A program made the position numbers and the translations under genes. Of a stretch of 64,000 nucleotides of DNA, positions 8,248 through 19,610 are shown in pieces. Within the stretch, counting starts at the first letter, position 1; every line of letters starts with the position of its first letter. The notes under the pieces were generated by a model that was given only the letters and a program-made list of their open reading frames with translations, did not search any database and was not told the origin of the DNA. The stretch covers positions 5,088 to 69,087 of the forward strand of contig CALMRE010000074.1 of NCBI GenBank assembly GCA_937871295.1, in the 5' to 3' direction. Source of the DNA: an uncultured bacterium. Lineage in GTDB: Bacteria; UBP6; UBA1177; JAKLFG01.

Positions 8248-10680
8248 ATGACACGGCGGCTTTTCTTCACCATCTTCCTGACGGCGTTGGCGACGCTTGC
8301 CCTCGAAACGGCGTTGCCGCGCATCTTCAGCGTCACGATGTGGTATCACTACGCCTTCATGGCGGTGTCGGTGGCGATGCTCGGGATGGCGACCGGCGCG
8401 GCGAAGGTCTTCGTTGCGCGCTGGACCGAACTGGATGAGAAGGAACTGACCGGGCGCATTGCGCGGTACTCTCTCTATTTCTCGGTCGCGACGGTGCTGT
8501 CGCTCCTTGCGCTCCTTTCGATCCCCTTCGTGCCGCGGTCGACCGGCGTCGGCATCTACGCGATGGCCTTCATCTACGCCGTCGCGGCGGTCCCGTTCTA
8601 CTTCTCGGGGGTGATCGTCTCGGCGATACTCTCGACCCGTTTCATCGCGCTGGTGAGCGGCCTGTACGCCGCCGACCTCGCCGGTGCGGCGGTGGGGGCG
8701 CTCCTGTTCTTCTTCTTCCTGCGGCTGACCGACGCGGTCAGTTTTGTGATACTCGTGGCGTCGCTCCCGGCGCTCGCCAGCTATCTCCTGAATCGCCGCC
8801 GCACGGCTCTGGCCGTCTGCCTCCTGTTCGTCGCGCTGGCCGGCGCCAACCACGATGAACGCTTCTTCCGCATCGAATGGCAGAAGGTCGAGACGGGACA
8901 ACTCATCGTCGCGGTCGACACCCTCACCGAGTGGGAGGGATGGACGCCGTTCTCGCGCATCACGGTCCAGAACTACTTCGATTCGGCCTTCGGCTGGGGC
9001 ACCTCGAACGCCTTCCCCGAGGAATTCCCCGACTACAAGATAGGGCAGAAGAACCTCATCATCGACGCGGCGGCGGCGACCATCATCACGATGCGCGGCA
9101 GACCGATAGAGGATCTCCAGCACCTCCGCTACGACATCACCAACCTCGCCCATCATATCGTTCCCGACGCCCGCGTGGCGGTCATCGGCGTCGGCGGCGG
9201 CCGCGATCTTCTGTCGGCGCTCCATTTCAAACAGAAAGAGGTCTGGGGGATCGAGATAAACGAACGGATACTCGAGGCGATAACCGGGCCGTACCGCGAC
9301 TTCACCTATCCCTTCGCCGATTTTCCGAACGTACACCTCGTTCACGACGAGGCGCGCAGTTTCATCGAACGGACCGACCTCAAATTCGACATCATTCAGG
9401 CGTCGCTCATCGATTCGTGGGCGGCGACCGCGTCGGGCGCCTTCGTCCTGACCGAGAACAGCCTCTACACCGTCGAAGGATGGGAGGCGTTCCTGTCGAA
9501 ACTCTCCGACCGCGGCGCGGTGACGATGTCGCGCTGGTACTACAAAAAACGGCCGGGAGAGCTCCTGCGGCTCGCGTCGCTTGCCTACGAGGCGCTGGCG
9601 GCGGCGGGGGTCGAAAAACCGGCGGAACACATCATGCTCGCGGCGACCACCTTCTCGTTCGGTGACGATACGGGACTCTCCGACGAAGAGAAAAAGGCGC
9701 GCGCGGAGAACGCCTACGGCACCGGCACCATCATCGTGTCGAAAAAACCGTTCGACGGTGATGCGGTGAACAAGTTCCTGACCACCTGCGAACGCTACAA
9801 ATTCGAGGTGTTCCTCGCGGCGGGCTACGAGGGGGCGTCGATCTTCCAGCATATCGTCGATGGCGACCGGCGTGCGGCGATGATCGCCTCCTATCCGCTC
9901 AAACTCACCGCGCCGACCGACGATAATCCGTTCTTCTTCAACATGCTCAAACCCTCGGCGCTCCTGCAATACCGCGGCATCGAGAAGGAGGGACCGCTCA
10001 ACACCAACCTCGGTGCGGTGCGCAACCTCGTCATCCTGCTCGGCATCGTGACGGTGCTGGCGCTTCTGCTCATCGTCGTCCCGATACTTTCGGCGATGGA
10101 GCGGAAAAGCGCGGCGATGCTCCTCCATCCGTGGAGCCTTTATTTCGCCGCCATCGGCTTCGGCTTCATGCTCATTGAGATCGCGCTCATCCAGAAGTTC
10201 ACCGTCTTCCTCGGCCATCCGACCTACAGCCTGCTCGTGGTCCTCTGCACGATACTCCTCTTCACCGGCTTCGGCAGCTGGCTCGCGGGACGGCTGAAAG
10301 GGAAACTCGCGCCGGTCCACATCTTCATCCTGCTTATCGCGGTGGTGACGGCGGCGGGCGGCGTGAATATGTTCGTTCTGCCGCACCTTTCGGGTCTGCC
10401 GCTCGCGGTGCGGATACTCTACAGCGCCGGGGTGATGGCGGCCATCGGCACGGTGCTCGGGATGCCCTTCCCGACCGGGATGGCGTCACTGGAAGGGGAG
10501 CAGAAGGAATGGGGGCCGTGGCTCTGGGGGATCAACGGCGCGCTCGGCGTCGTCTCATCGGTGCTGGCGACGGCGCTGTCGCTCTTTTTCGGGATATCGG
10601 TGACCTTCTTTGTCGGGGTGGCGGCCTATCTGCTGGCGCTCGCCGCCTGCACGGCGGCCGTTGGGATCAAGCGTTCTTAG
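8248..10680 (+). CDS. Polytopic membrane protein with an embedded spermidine/spermine-synthase-like (class I SAM methyltransferase fold) domain
   Basis: About 7 TM helices N-terminal and about 6 C-terminal. Central [12 protein letters not shown] ... [11 protein letters not shown] aminopropyltransferase-like motifs. Confidence 0.65.
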   Translation: MTRRLFFTIFLTALATLALETALPRIFSVTMWYHYAFMAVSVAMLGMATGAAKVFVARWTELDEKELTGRIARYSLYFSVATVLSLLALLSIPFVPRSTGVGIYAMAFIYAVAAVPFYFSGVIVSAILSTRFIALVSGLYAADLAGAAVGALLFFFFLRLTDAVSFVILVASLPALASYLLNRRRTALAVCLLFVALAGANHDERFFRIEWQKVETGQLIVAVDTLTEWEGWTPFSRITVQNYFDSAFGWGTSNAFPEEFPDYKIGQKNLIIDAAAATIITMRGRPIEDLQHLRYDITNLAHHIVPDARVAVIGVGGGRDLLSALHFKQKEVWGIEINERILEAITGPYRDFTYPFADFPNVHLVHDEARSFIERTDLKFDIIQASLIDSWAATASGAFVLTENSLYTVEGWEAFLSKLSDRGAVTMSRWYYKKRPGELLRLASLAYEALAAAGVEKPAEHIMLAATTFSFGDDTGLSDEEKKARAENAYGTGTIIVSKKPFDGDAVNKFLTTCERYKFEVFLAAGYEGASIFQHIVDGDRRAAMIASYPLKLTAPTDDNPFFFNMLKPSALLQYRGIEKEGPLNTNLGAVRNLVILLGIVTVLALLLIVVPILSAMERKSAAMLLHPWSLYFAAIGFGFMLIEIALIQKFTVFLGHPTYSLLVVLCTILLFTGFGSWLAGRLKGKLAPVHIFILLIAVVTAAGGVNMFVLPHLSGLPLAVRILYSAGVMAAIGTVLGMPFPTGMASLEGEQKEWGPWLWGINGALGVVSSVLATALSLFFGISVTFFVGVAAYLLALAACTAAVGIKRS

Positions 10681-11629
10681 AACGGTACCAATCGTAGGCT
10701 TTGCGGACACCTTCTTCGAGCATCGTCTTGGGCTTCCATCCGAGCGACTGCAGTTTCGAGACATCGAGCAGTTTGCGCGGTGTCCCGTCGGGCTTGGTCG
10801 TATCCCAGAGGATATCGCCTTTGAAGCCGACCGTCTTTTTCACCAGTTCGGCCAGTTCGCGTATCGTGAGATCGACGCCGGTGCCGATGTTGATGTGGGT
10901 GTTGCGCACCTCCGTCATCCCCTTCGAGAGATCGGCGAAGTTCACTTTCTCCATCAGGAAGACGCAGGCGTCGGCAAGGTCGTCGACATAGAGGAACTCG
11001 CGCTTCGGCGTCCCGGTCCCCCAGAGCGTCACTGACTTATCGCCCTTTAGTTTCGCCTCGTGGAACTTCCGTATCATCGCGGGCATGACGTGGCTCGTCT
11101 GCAGGTCGAAGTTGTCGCCGGGGCCGTAGAGATTGGTCGGCATCACCGCGATGAAGTTGGTCCCGTGCTGGATATTGTACGATTCGCAGAGTTTGATCCC
11201 CGCGATCTTCGCGATGGCGTAGGGCTCGTTGGTGTATTCGAGTTCTCCCGTCAGTAGCGCCGGTTCGGTCATCGGCTGAGAGGCCAGTTTCGGATAGATG
11301 CACGACGAGCCGAGGAAGAGCAGTTTCTTCACGCCGTGTTTATGGGCGGCGTCGATGAGGTTGAGTTCTATGGCGAGATTATCATAAATAAAATCGGCAC
11401 GGTAGGTGTTGTTCGCGACGATGCCGCCGACGCGGGCCGCCGCAAGGAACAGGTATTCGGGTTTCTCGGCCTTGAAAAAGGCGTCGACCGCGTGACGGTC
11501 GCGCAGATCGAGTTCGGCGAGACTCCGGCCGACGAGGTTGGCGTAGACCTTCTTCTCAAGACCGCGCCACAGCGCCCCGCCGACGAGCCCCACATGCCCC
11601 GCGACATATATCTTTGCGTTCTTTTCCAT
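10667..11629 (-). CDS. fcl: GDP-L-fucose synthase
   Basis: SDR-type epimerase/reductase: GHVGLVG, YxxxK-type segment (YAIAKIAG), and end-to-end similarity to WcaG/Fcl. Confidence 0.9.
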   Translation of the reverse strand: MEKNAKIYVAGHVGLVGGALWRGLEKKVYANLVGRSLAELDLRDRHAVDAFFKAEKPEYLFLAAARVGGIVANNTYRADFIYDNLAIELNLIDAAHKHGVKKLLFLGSSCIYPKLASQPMTEPALLTGELEYTNEPYAIAKIAGIKLCESYNIQHGTNFIAVMPTNLYGPGDNFDLQTSHVMPAMIRKFHEAKLKGDKSVTLWGTGTPKREFLYVDDLADACVFLMEKVNFADLSKGMTEVRNTHINIGTGVDLTIRELAELVKKTVGFKGDILWDTTKPDGTPRKLLDVSKLQSLGWKPKTMLEEGVRKAYDWYRSKNA

Positions 11630-11633
11630 CGCG

Positions 11634-12776
11634 TCAGTCCCCGAGATTGGGCCGTATCTTGTAATGGTGCTGTTTCAGGAGTTCGTCGCGCCGCGCCTCG
11701 GCCATGTCGGCGGCGGTCATCTCCTGCACCAGTTCTTCGAGCGTATGCTCCGGCACCCAACCCAGTTTCGTCCGCGCCTTGGTGGCGTCGCCGATGAGCA
11801 GTTCGACCTCGGTCGGCCGGAAGTAGGCGGCGTCGACCTTGACCACCGTGTCGCCCTTCTTGAGCGTTCCCGCCGTGCCGGCCGTCGCGATCAGCCGCGC
11901 CTCATCCAGCACCTCGATGCGGCCGACCTCGTTCTTTCCCTCGCCGCTGAAGCCGAGCGTCACGCCCAGTTCGGCGAAGGCCATCCGGACGAACTCGCGC
12001 ACCTCGGTGGTGCGGCCCGTGGCGATGACGAAATCCTCCGGCGTGTCGTGCTGGAGCATCAGATACATGGCGCGGACATAGTCCTTTGCGTGGCCCCAGT
12101 CGCGTTTCGCCCCGAGATTGCCGAGGAACAGGCACTTCTGGAGGCCGAGCGCGATGCGGACCGCGGCGCGGGTGATCTTGCGGGTGACGAAGGTCTCGCC
12201 GCGCACCGGCGATTCGTGGTTGAACAGTATCCCGTTGCAGGCGAAGAGGTTGTAGGCCTCGCGGTAGTTGACCGTTATCCAGTAGCCGTACAGTTTCGCG
12301 GCGGCGTAGGGACTGCGGGGATAGAAGGGGGTCGTCTCCTTCTGCGGCGTTTCCTGCACCAGTCCGTAGAGTTCGGAGGTCGACGCCTGATAGAAGCGGG
12401 TCTTTTTTTCAAGACCGAGTATCCGTATCGCCTCGAGGAGCCGTAGCGTGCCGAGTGCGTCGGAATTGGCGGTGTACTCGGGCGTTTCGAACGACACCTT
12501 GACATGCGACTGCGCCGCGAGATTGTAGACCTCGTCGGGCTGTACCTCCTGCATGATGCGGATGAGGTTGGTCGCGTCGGTCAGATCTCCGTAATGGAGG
12601 AAGAACTTGACCGCCTTGTCATGCCGGTCCTGATAGAGATGATCGATGCGGTCGGTGTTGAACAGCGACGACCGCCGCTTGATGCCGTGGACGGTATAGC
12701 CTTTGTCGAGCAGCAGTTCGGCCAGATAGGCGCCGTCCTGACCGGTGATGCCGGTGATGAGAGCCGTTTTTGCCAT
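11634..12776 (-). CDS. gmd: GDP-mannose 4,6-dehydratase
   Basis: [32 protein letters not shown]; positioned immediately upstream of fcl. Confidence 0.93.
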   Translation of the reverse strand: MAKTALITGITGQDGAYLAELLLDKGYTVHGIKRRSSLFNTDRIDHLYQDRHDKAVKFFLHYGDLTDATNLIRIMQEVQPDEVYNLAAQSHVKVSFETPEYTANSDALGTLRLLEAIRILGLEKKTRFYQASTSELYGLVQETPQKETTPFYPRSPYAAAKLYGYWITVNYREAYNLFACNGILFNHESPVRGETFVTRKITRAAVRIALGLQKCLFLGNLGAKRDWGHAKDYVRAMYLMLQHDTPEDFVIATGRTTEVREFVRMAFAELGVTLGFSGEGKNEVGRIEVLDEARLIATAGTAGTLKKGDTVVKVDAAYFRPTEVELLIGDATKARTKLGWVPEHTLEELVQEMTAADMAEARRDELLKQHHYKIRPNLGD

Positions 12777-12937
12777 GAGGAAGCCTCCCCTTCATGCAGT
12801 GGGGCGATTATAGCCGCCCCCCGATATTAGGAAAGTTTTTTGGTGTATCTCCCGGTGAGTGGACATCCGGCAAAAACATAACATGCCGAAATAAATAGGG
12901 TAAAGTGTCCGGTTCACAATTTGCTAGTAGAAAGTGC

Positions 12938-12966
12938 TTGATTTTGAGGCGGATGGAACTTACAAT
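12938..12966 (+). promoter_or_regulatory. Sigma70-like promoter for the protease gene
   Basis: TTGATT-17 nt-TACAAT; aggagg RBS precedes ATG 13013. Confidence 0.5.
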
Positions 12967-13012
12967 CACGTTGCGTTGTCTAACGAAGTGACAGACGAAT
13001 AGGAGGTGCCTG

Positions 13013-15103
13013 ATGAGCAGACTATCCCTTCTGGCGGCCATTATTGCCTTGTGCGGCGCTCTGTACGGGTTCGACGATCCCCGTTCACTCGAGAACCGGC
13101 TGGTCCTCCCCGAATTCCTGACCAACCTCTACAGCGACCCGCTCGATCCCGACGGCGACAGCGAGATACAGCCCTTCATCGTCAACGGTCAGGCGACCAA
13201 CTACACGATGTATCAGGGGGCGGTCGGTCTCCTGATGAACACCTCGCAGGGGCAGGCGATCTGTACTGCGTCGCTCATCGATCCCGAGGTCCTGCTGACC
13301 GCGGGCCACTGCGTCTACCTCAAGGAGTATAACCAGTTGGTCTACGATGCCGTTTCCAATCCCTCTTCCATACAGGTCAAGAACGGCGCCAACATCATGA
13401 ACAACACCCTCGCCAGCGCTGTGCAGGTCAAGAAACACGAAGGGTGGACCGGCGAACTCGGCTGGAGCGTCAACAACGACATCGCGATGATCAAACTCAA
13501 CAAAAAGATAACCGATATCGATATGTTCGGTCTGCGCGATCTTCCCGAGGACTCGCTCGGCGAGACCGGCGTCATCGTCGGTTACGGCATCACCAAGACC
13601 GGCGCCTACGATTCGGGCATCCACCGCTGGGGCAACGCGAAGATACTCACCCGCGACAGCACGAAGAAACTCATCGAGGTCGGCAACCCGTCGGGGACCT
13701 GTCAGGGCGATTCGGGCGGTCCGTTCCTCACCACGCAGAACGGCATGCTCGTCGTGTCGGGGATCACCTCGTTCGGCGGTCAGACCTGCTACGCCGACCG
13801 TGACGGCTGGGATACGTGGGTCATCAAATACCGCGACTGGATCATCAATACCCTCATCGAGTTCACCGGCCACGGCCTGTTGAGCGGCGGCACTTGCGGC
13901 GATGGCGACGATGTCTGCTCTCAGGGCCAGACGCTCGACTGCGCGCAGGTCGACAGCAAGTACGAACCGGGGACCAGCGCCCCCTGCAACGCCGGTTGTT
14001 CGTGGTGGGACACCTCGGTGTGCGACCCGGTCTGCGGCGACGGCTTCGTTCTGCCGCCCGAGGTGTGCGAGGCGGGGATGACCGCCGACTGCGGCACCAT
14101 CGGCCAGTTCCTGCCGGGCGACACCGCGCCGTGCAACGACGCCTGTTCGGGCTACAACACCGCCTACTGCACCGCCACCCTCTGCGGCGACGGTCTCAAG
14201 GAGGGGAACGAATTCTGCGACACCGAGATGACCTCCTGCGAGACGCTCGGCGACTACAATAAATATCTCTACTCCCGCTGCAACGCAAACTGCTCCGGTT
14301 TCGATGTCTCCGACTGCGCGAACGGGACCATCCTGTGCGGCAACGGCGCGATCGAAGCGCTGGAACAGTGCGACGACGGCAACAACACCTCGGGCGACGG
14401 CTGTTCCTCGCGCTGTAAGAGCGAAGGGGACACGCCGGTCTGCGGCGACGGCGTCAAGGAGGGGGCCGAGCAGTGCGACGACGGCAATAAGGTCAACGGC
14501 GACGGCTGTTCGGCCGGGTGCCTGATCGAGGCGACCGCGGTCTGCGGCAACGGCACTAAAGAGACGGGCGAAGAGTGCGACGACGGCAACAAGGTGAATG
14601 GCGACGGCTGTTCGGCCGCCTGTCTCACCGAAGATCCGAACGCCGAGTGCGGCAACGGCGTCAAGGAGGCGGGCGAGGCCTGCGACGACGGCAATCTCAC
14701 CCCCGGCGACGGCTGTGAACCCAACTGCACACTCACCCCGGCGACCTGCGGCAACGGCGTCAAGGAGACGGGAGAACAGTGCGACGACGGCAACAAGAAT
14801 AACGGCGACGGCTGTTCGGCCGCCTGTCTCACCGAAGACCCGAACGCGGTCTGCGGCAACGGCGTCAAGGAACTGGGAGAACAGTGCGACGACGGCAACC
14901 TGATACCGGGCGACGCCTGCAACCCCGACTGCACCCTCCCGGCCAGCGGCAACGCGGTCTGCGGCAACGGCGTCCTCGAATTAGGCGAACAATGCGACGA
15001 CGGCAATCTGGTCCCCGGCGACACCTGCGATCCCGATTGCACCTACCCCGGCACCAAGCCTCCCAAGAACGGGTCGAACGGTTGCGCGCTGGTATTGTTG
15101 TAG
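13013..15103 (+). CDS. Secreted trypsin-like (S1) serine protease with nine C-terminal Myxococcus-type cysteine-rich repeats
   Basis: Signal peptide; catalytic triad contexts TAGHC, NDIAMIKL, GDSGGP; repeats CGNGxxExGExCDDGNxxxGDGCSxxC. Confidence 0.85.
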   Translation: MSRLSLLAAIIALCGALYGFDDPRSLENRLVLPEFLTNLYSDPLDPDGDSEIQPFIVNGQATNYTMYQGAVGLLMNTSQGQAICTASLIDPEVLLTAGHCVYLKEYNQLVYDAVSNPSSIQVKNGANIMNNTLASAVQVKKHEGWTGELGWSVNNDIAMIKLNKKITDIDMFGLRDLPEDSLGETGVIVGYGITKTGAYDSGIHRWGNAKILTRDSTKKLIEVGNPSGTCQGDSGGPFLTTQNGMLVVSGITSFGGQTCYADRDGWDTWVIKYRDWIINTLIEFTGHGLLSGGTCGDGDDVCSQGQTLDCAQVDSKYEPGTSAPCNAGCSWWDTSVCDPVCGDGFVLPPEVCEAGMTADCGTIGQFLPGDTAPCNDACSGYNTAYCTATLCGDGLKEGNEFCDTEMTSCETLGDYNKYLYSRCNANCSGFDVSDCANGTILCGNGAIEALEQCDDGNNTSGDGCSSRCKSEGDTPVCGDGVKEGAEQCDDGNKVNGDGCSAGCLIEATAVCGNGTKETGEECDDGNKVNGDGCSAACLTEDPNAECGNGVKEAGEACDDGNLTPGDGCEPNCTLTPATCGNGVKETGEQCDDGNKNNGDGCSAACLTEDPNAVCGNGVKELGEQCDDGNLIPGDACNPDCTLPASGNAVCGNGVLELGEQCDDGNLVPGDTCDPDCTYPGTKPPKNGSNGCALVLL

Positions 15104-15206
15104 CTTTTTGAGAGGGAAAAATACTTGACTTACGGGCATGCGCTCATAGGATTGACGATGTTTTTGTGGGGTTAACCCTTTATCATCCTTTATGGAGGTA
15201 TCGAAG

Positions 15207-16520
15207 ATGAAGAATTGGAACCTTTTCGCGATCATGATCGTCGTGGCTCTTTTCGCCGTTTCCTGCGGCGACGAAGACCCGAACACCAACATCGGCGGCA
15301 CCTGCTCCACCGAGAACGCGCTGATGTGTGAAGGCGACGCCATCCTTCAGTGCACCGGCGGCAACTGGGCCGAGATCTGGAACTGCGCCGATGAAGGTCA
15401 GGGCACCTGCACCCAGAACGGTACGGTCGCCTCCTGCACCGGCACCACCAGCGACAACACCCTTCCGACCGACACCGACACCACCACCCCGACCGACACC
15501 GACACCCCGGTCACCGGCACCTGCGGCGACAACATCACCAACGGCACCGACGTGTGTGACGGCGATCCCAAGAACTGCGTCGACATCAGCGCCTCCTACA
15601 CCGGCGGCATCGCGCTGTGCAAAGCCGACTGCACCGGTTGGGACACCAGTTCCTGTCAGGGCGCGGCCGACACCGACACCGCGACCCCCGACACCGACAC
15701 CGTGGCCAGCGGCAAGACCTGCTCCGAGATCAACACCTGCATGGGTGACTGCGCCGATCAGGCGTGTGTCGATGCCTGCTTTGCGGCCGGCACCACAGAA
15801 GCTCAGGCCCAGTACAACGCCCTGATGACCTGCGTGGAAGGCAACTGCGCCACCGAGTGCGGATCGGGCGGTTCGAACGAAGCGTGCAACACCTGCGCCG
15901 GCGAGAAGTGCCCCGACGAGATGGATGCCTGCTTCACGGTCAATGTGACCCCGTACGGCACGATGAATGCCCCGAACGCGAACATTCCCTACATCTACGA
16001 CGGCGACGGTGACGTGAACGCCCAACTTCAGGCCAACCAAAGCGGCGCGGTCATGAACGGCGTGTTCACCGGCACCTACGGCCCGAGCAAGCCGCTCCCC
16101 CCCAATGGCGGCCAGCAGACCTTCGCGTTGGCGATCCACTATGCCGCCGATGGCGCCAACCCGGCGGCCCTGCAGGTCCAGCAGCTCACCCAGACCTCAA
16201 CGGCGCTCGTGAATCCGATAATCCTTTTTCAGTTCACCACCGATGCGGTCACTCCCGGACAGTATACGGTCGATCTGACTCAGGAGGCGACGGCGCTGAG
16301 TTATCTCATCAATGTCGATGCGAACAACAATCAGTGCATGCTGGCGTTCGTGTCGGGCAGCACGGTCAATGTGACCGCGTCGACCAACACCACCGCGCCC
16401 AGCGGCGGTTCGATCACCTTCAACGCCACGAATCTCAAACTCTACCATCCGACCGAGACCCCCTTCGGCGACATCTCCGCCGACCTTGGCCAGCAGATCA
16501 CCATCTGCGTGAAGGAATAA
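15207..16520 (+). CDS. Cys-rich lipoprotein with TDT-repeat linkers, function unknown
   Basis: RBS ggagg; lipobox LFAVSCG; TDTDTTTPTDTDT linkers; multiple Cys clusters. Confidence 0.65.
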   Translation: MKNWNLFAIMIVVALFAVSCGDEDPNTNIGGTCSTENALMCEGDAILQCTGGNWAEIWNCADEGQGTCTQNGTVASCTGTTSDNTLPTDTDTTTPTDTDTPVTGTCGDNITNGTDVCDGDPKNCVDISASYTGGIALCKADCTGWDTSSCQGAADTDTATPDTDTVASGKTCSEINTCMGDCADQACVDACFAAGTTEAQAQYNALMTCVEGNCATECGSGGSNEACNTCAGEKCPDEMDACFTVNVTPYGTMNAPNANIPYIYDGDGDVNAQLQANQSGAVMNGVFTGTYGPSKPLPPNGGQQTFALAIHYAADGANPAALQVQQLTQTSTALVNPIILFQFTTDAVTPGQYTVDLTQEATALSYLINVDANNNQCMLAFVSGSTVNVTASTNTTAPSGGSITFNATNLKLYHPTETPFGDISADLGQQITICVKE

Positions 16521-16542
16521 CCGGACCTTTTTCCGTACCTTC

Positions 16543-16575
16543 GGGCCCTCCCCGCGCGGGAGGGCCCTTTTTTTT
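16543..16575 (+). terminator. Rho-independent terminator
   Basis: Perfect 10-bp GC stem gggccctccc/gggagggccc with loop cgcgc, followed by T8. Confidence 0.8.
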
Positions 16576-16633
16576 GCTATCGCTTTTCGCCGCGCTATAA
16601 TCACACCGTCATTCGTGAGGAAAAGGAGGAGCG

Positions 16634-17809
16634 ATGCGACTGTTCACCAAAGAGGAACTGCTGTGGCGCGGCGGTCGTTTCCAGAAGCGGCTCGGCGAGG
16701 CCGGCATCGGTGCGGCGCTGCTGACCGCCAACAGCGATCTCTATTACTTCACCGGATCGGTACAGCGCGGGATGGTCATCATCCCGGCGACCGGCGAACC
16801 GCGCTACTTCGTGCGGAAATACCTTGACCGGGCGCTGCGCGAATCGCCGCTTGCGGTCGAACCCTTCGACGCGGCGGCGGTCACCGCCCTATTCCGGGGG
16901 GCGGACGCGGTCGGGTTCGCGGCCGACAGCATGACGGTGGCGGAATACGAGTTCCTGAAAAAGAAACTGCTTCCCGCGGGGGCCGAACTGCGCGATATGT
17001 CCCTGCCGCTCGCCCTGACCAAGATGGTGAAAAGCGCCGCCGAGATCGCGCTCCTCGAAAAGGCGGCCGCCATCAACCGGGCGGTCATGCGGCACGCGAT
17101 CGAAAGTTTCCGCCCCGGGATGCGCGATATCGATATGCAGGTGACGCTGGAATCGTACGCCCGGCGCGAACTGGGGCATCAGGGTTCCTTCTGGCTGCGC
17201 GGCCCCAACATGGAGGCGGCGCTGTCGCTGGTGGTCACCGGCACTTCCGCGCTCGAACCGACCTATACCGATTTTCCCATCGGCGGCCGGGGGCTTTCCC
17301 CGGCGGTCGCGCAGGGGGCGTCGGGCGAAACGATAGTGCGCTCTTTCGTCGTCGATTTCATCGGCACCGCCCACGGGTACAATGCCGATTCGACCCGCAC
17401 CTTCTTCGTCGGCCGCCCGGAGGAACGGATCGGGGATATGTATCGTGAACTCGTCGGTTTTCTCGATCGCGTCGTCTCCTTCATCACCCCCGGGGTTACC
17501 GGCGAAGAGGCATGGAACTACGCGACCGCGCTGGTCGCCGAATGCGCGTGGCATGACTGGTTCATGGGGCTTGAAACAAAGGTCCGGTTCCTCGGCCACG
17601 GTATCGGGACCGAGGTGAATCAACTGCCGGTCATCGCCGCGAAACAGGCGGTCCCGTTCGCCGACGGGATGACCGTGGCTATAGAGCCGAAGATATTCGT
17701 CCCCGGCTGGGGCATCGTCGGTATCGAGAACACCTACCTCATGGAGGGCGGACGGCTCCGGGTCCTGACCGGCGGCACCGAGACGCTCGAAGAGGTCACC
17801 ATCGGATAG
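16634..17809 (+). CDS. M24 family Xaa-Pro aminopeptidase / prolidase-like metallopeptidase
   Basis: Creatinase-like N-terminal domain; pita-bread fold with conserved HGIGTEVNQ and VAIEP metal-binding contexts. Confidence 0.75.
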   Translation: MRLFTKEELLWRGGRFQKRLGEAGIGAALLTANSDLYYFTGSVQRGMVIIPATGEPRYFVRKYLDRALRESPLAVEPFDAAAVTALFRGADAVGFAADSMTVAEYEFLKKKLLPAGAELRDMSLPLALTKMVKSAAEIALLEKAAAINRAVMRHAIESFRPGMRDIDMQVTLESYARRELGHQGSFWLRGPNMEAALSLVVTGTSALEPTYTDFPIGGRGLSPAVAQGASGETIVRSFVVDFIGTAHGYNADSTRTFFVGRPEERIGDMYRELVGFLDRVVSFITPGVTGEEAWNYATALVAECAWHDWFMGLETKVRFLGHGIGTEVNQLPVIAAKQAVPFADGMTVAIEPKIFVPGWGIVGIENTYLMEGGRLRVLTGGTETLEEVTIG

Positions 17810-17822
17810 GGGGAGCGGCGTC

Positions 17823-19610
17823 ATGGAATTCTTCAAGAGTGTCTTCCGGTTTTTTGTCGTGATGTTCGCGCTGTTCGGTCTGCTCGTCTTCCTGCTCATC
17901 GCGGGCGGCGTGACCGCGGCGGTCAATTATGCGAAGAAGCAGGATATGCTCGCGCCCGCCGAGGCGATCCTGACTCTCACCATTGACGGCCGCATCGTCG
18001 AGAACGCTTCGCGCGATATCGTCCTTTCGGAGATTATCGGTCCGTCCGTCACGGTGTTCGACGCCGTGACACGGCTCGAACAGGCGGCGGCCGATCCGAA
18101 CATCAAAGGACTGCTCGTCCGCATCGCCGCACACGAACTTTCCTACGCTCAGGTGCAGGAACTGCGCGATGCGGTCCATGCCTTCCGCAGGTCGGGTAAA
18201 CCGGCGGTGGTCTATGCCGACACCTTCGGCGAACTCACCCGCGGACTCCCTTCCTATTACCTCGCCGCAGCTTTCGACGAAATATACCTCCAGCCCGCGG
18301 GGATGGTCGACATATCGGGCGTCGCCGCCGAAGGGCTGTTCCTGAAGGGACTGCTCGCCAAACTCGGCGTCGAACCGATCGGCGAGACCCGCAAGGAATA
18401 TAAGAATGCGTGGAACATCTTCACCGAGGATAAGTACACCGCTCCGCACCGCGAGGCGGTCGAACGGCTGCTTGCCTCGACTTTCGACCGCGCGGTCAGC
18501 GATATCGCCCGCGATCGCGGCGTCGATCCGGCGGCCCTGCGCGCGCTGGTTGACCGCGCTCCTCTTTTTTCGGCCGAAGCGCTGGCGGCGAAACTCATCA
18601 CCGGGGTGAAATACCGCGACGAGGTGCTGGCGCTGATGGAACAGAAGGCCGGCTGCGCCCGCTACCAGCCGCTGGCGCGCTACACCCCTTCGCCGTTCGA
18701 CGGGCTGGGTTCGCAGCCCACCGTCGCGGTGGTCGTCGCCGAAGGCGAGATCCGGCGCGGCCGGGGCGAGACCGATCCGTTCGGCCGGCGCAATACGATA
18801 GGTTCCGACACGACGGCCAAGGCGATCCGCGACGCGGCGGCCGATCCCGAGGTGCAGGCGATCGTTCTGCGGGTCAATTCGCCGGGCGGGTCGGTGGTCG
18901 CTTCCGAAACGATCTGGCATGAGGTCGTCACGGCGGTCAGGAACACCGAAAAACCGGTCATCGTTTCGATGGGCTCGCTCGCGGCCTCGGGCGGTTACTA
19001 CATTTCGATGGCGGCCGACCATATCGTCGCCCAGCCCGCCACCATCACCGGGAGCGTCGGGGTCATCGTCGGCAAATTCTACACCCCCGAGATGTGGAAG
19101 AAGCTGGGGATCACCTTCGATGCGGCGCAGATCGGGGCGAATGCCCGGCTCTTCTCCTCCAACACGCGGCTGGACGAGAAACAGCAGGCGCTTCTCGACC
19201 GGGTGCTCGACGATGTGTACGACACCTTCGTGACGCGCGCCGCCGACGGCCGGAAAAAGAAGCCCGAAGATTTCGAACAGTACGCAAAAGGCCGGGTTTG
19301 GACCGGAGAGGACGCCAAGGAGCGGGGGCTGGTCGACGAATTGGGCGGCTACGCGCAGGCCTTCGATGCGGCGCGGCAGCGGATCGGACTCCAGCCCGGA
19401 GCGCCCCTCTCGTTCAAGTTCTACCCCGAAGAGCCGCGCCTCTTCGACTATCTGTTCGACCGCGCCGGAGACGACGAAGCGGCGGCCGGAGCGGGACTGC
19501 TGTCGGATATCGCCGGGATCCTGCGGCGCATCGCGGCGCTCGCGGCGCTCATCGAAAAGGCTGAACAGACAGGGTTGCGGCTCGAGAGCGAGCCGGTCGA
19601 CATCCGCTAA
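17823..19610 (+). CDS. sppA: Signal peptide peptidase SppA (S49, 67K type)
   Basis: N-terminal TM; two S49 repeats; KPVIVSMGSLAASGGYYISMAAD catalytic Ser context. Confidence 0.88.
   Translation: MEFFKSVFRFFVVMFALFGLLVFLLIAGGVTAAVNYAKKQDMLAPAEAILTLTIDGRIVENASRDIVLSEIIGPSVTVFDAVTRLEQAAADPNIKGLLVRIAAHELSYAQVQELRDAVHAFRRSGKPAVVYADTFGELTRGLPSYYLAAAFDEIYLQPAGMVDISGVAAEGLFLKGLLAKLGVEPIGETRKEYKNAWNIFTEDKYTAPHREAVERLLASTFDRAVSDIARDRGVDPAALRALVDRAPLFSAEALAAKLITGVKYRDEVLALMEQKAGCARYQPLARYTPSPFDGLGSQPTVAVVVAEGEIRRGRGETDPFGRRNTIGSDTTAKAIRDAAADPEVQAIVLRVNSPGGSVVASETIWHEVVTAVRNTEKPVIVSMGSLAASGGYYISMAADHIVAQPATITGSVGVIVGKFYTPEMWKKLGITFDAAQIGANARLFSSNTRLDEKQQALLDRVLDDVYDTFVTRAADGRKKKPEDFEQYAKGRVWTGEDAKERGLVDELGGYAQAFDAARQRIGLQPGAPLSFKFYPEEPRLFDYLFDRAGDDEAAAGAGLLSDIAGILRRIAALAALIEKAEQTGLRLESEPVDIR

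Noticed and set aside
8203-10386. 727-aa minus-strand ORF (Arg/Glu/Asp-rich) antisense to the membrane spermidine-synthase-like gene
   Set aside because: Low-complexity R/E/D composition typical of antisense frames in high-GC DNA. The sense-strand gene has coherent TM and catalytic motifs.
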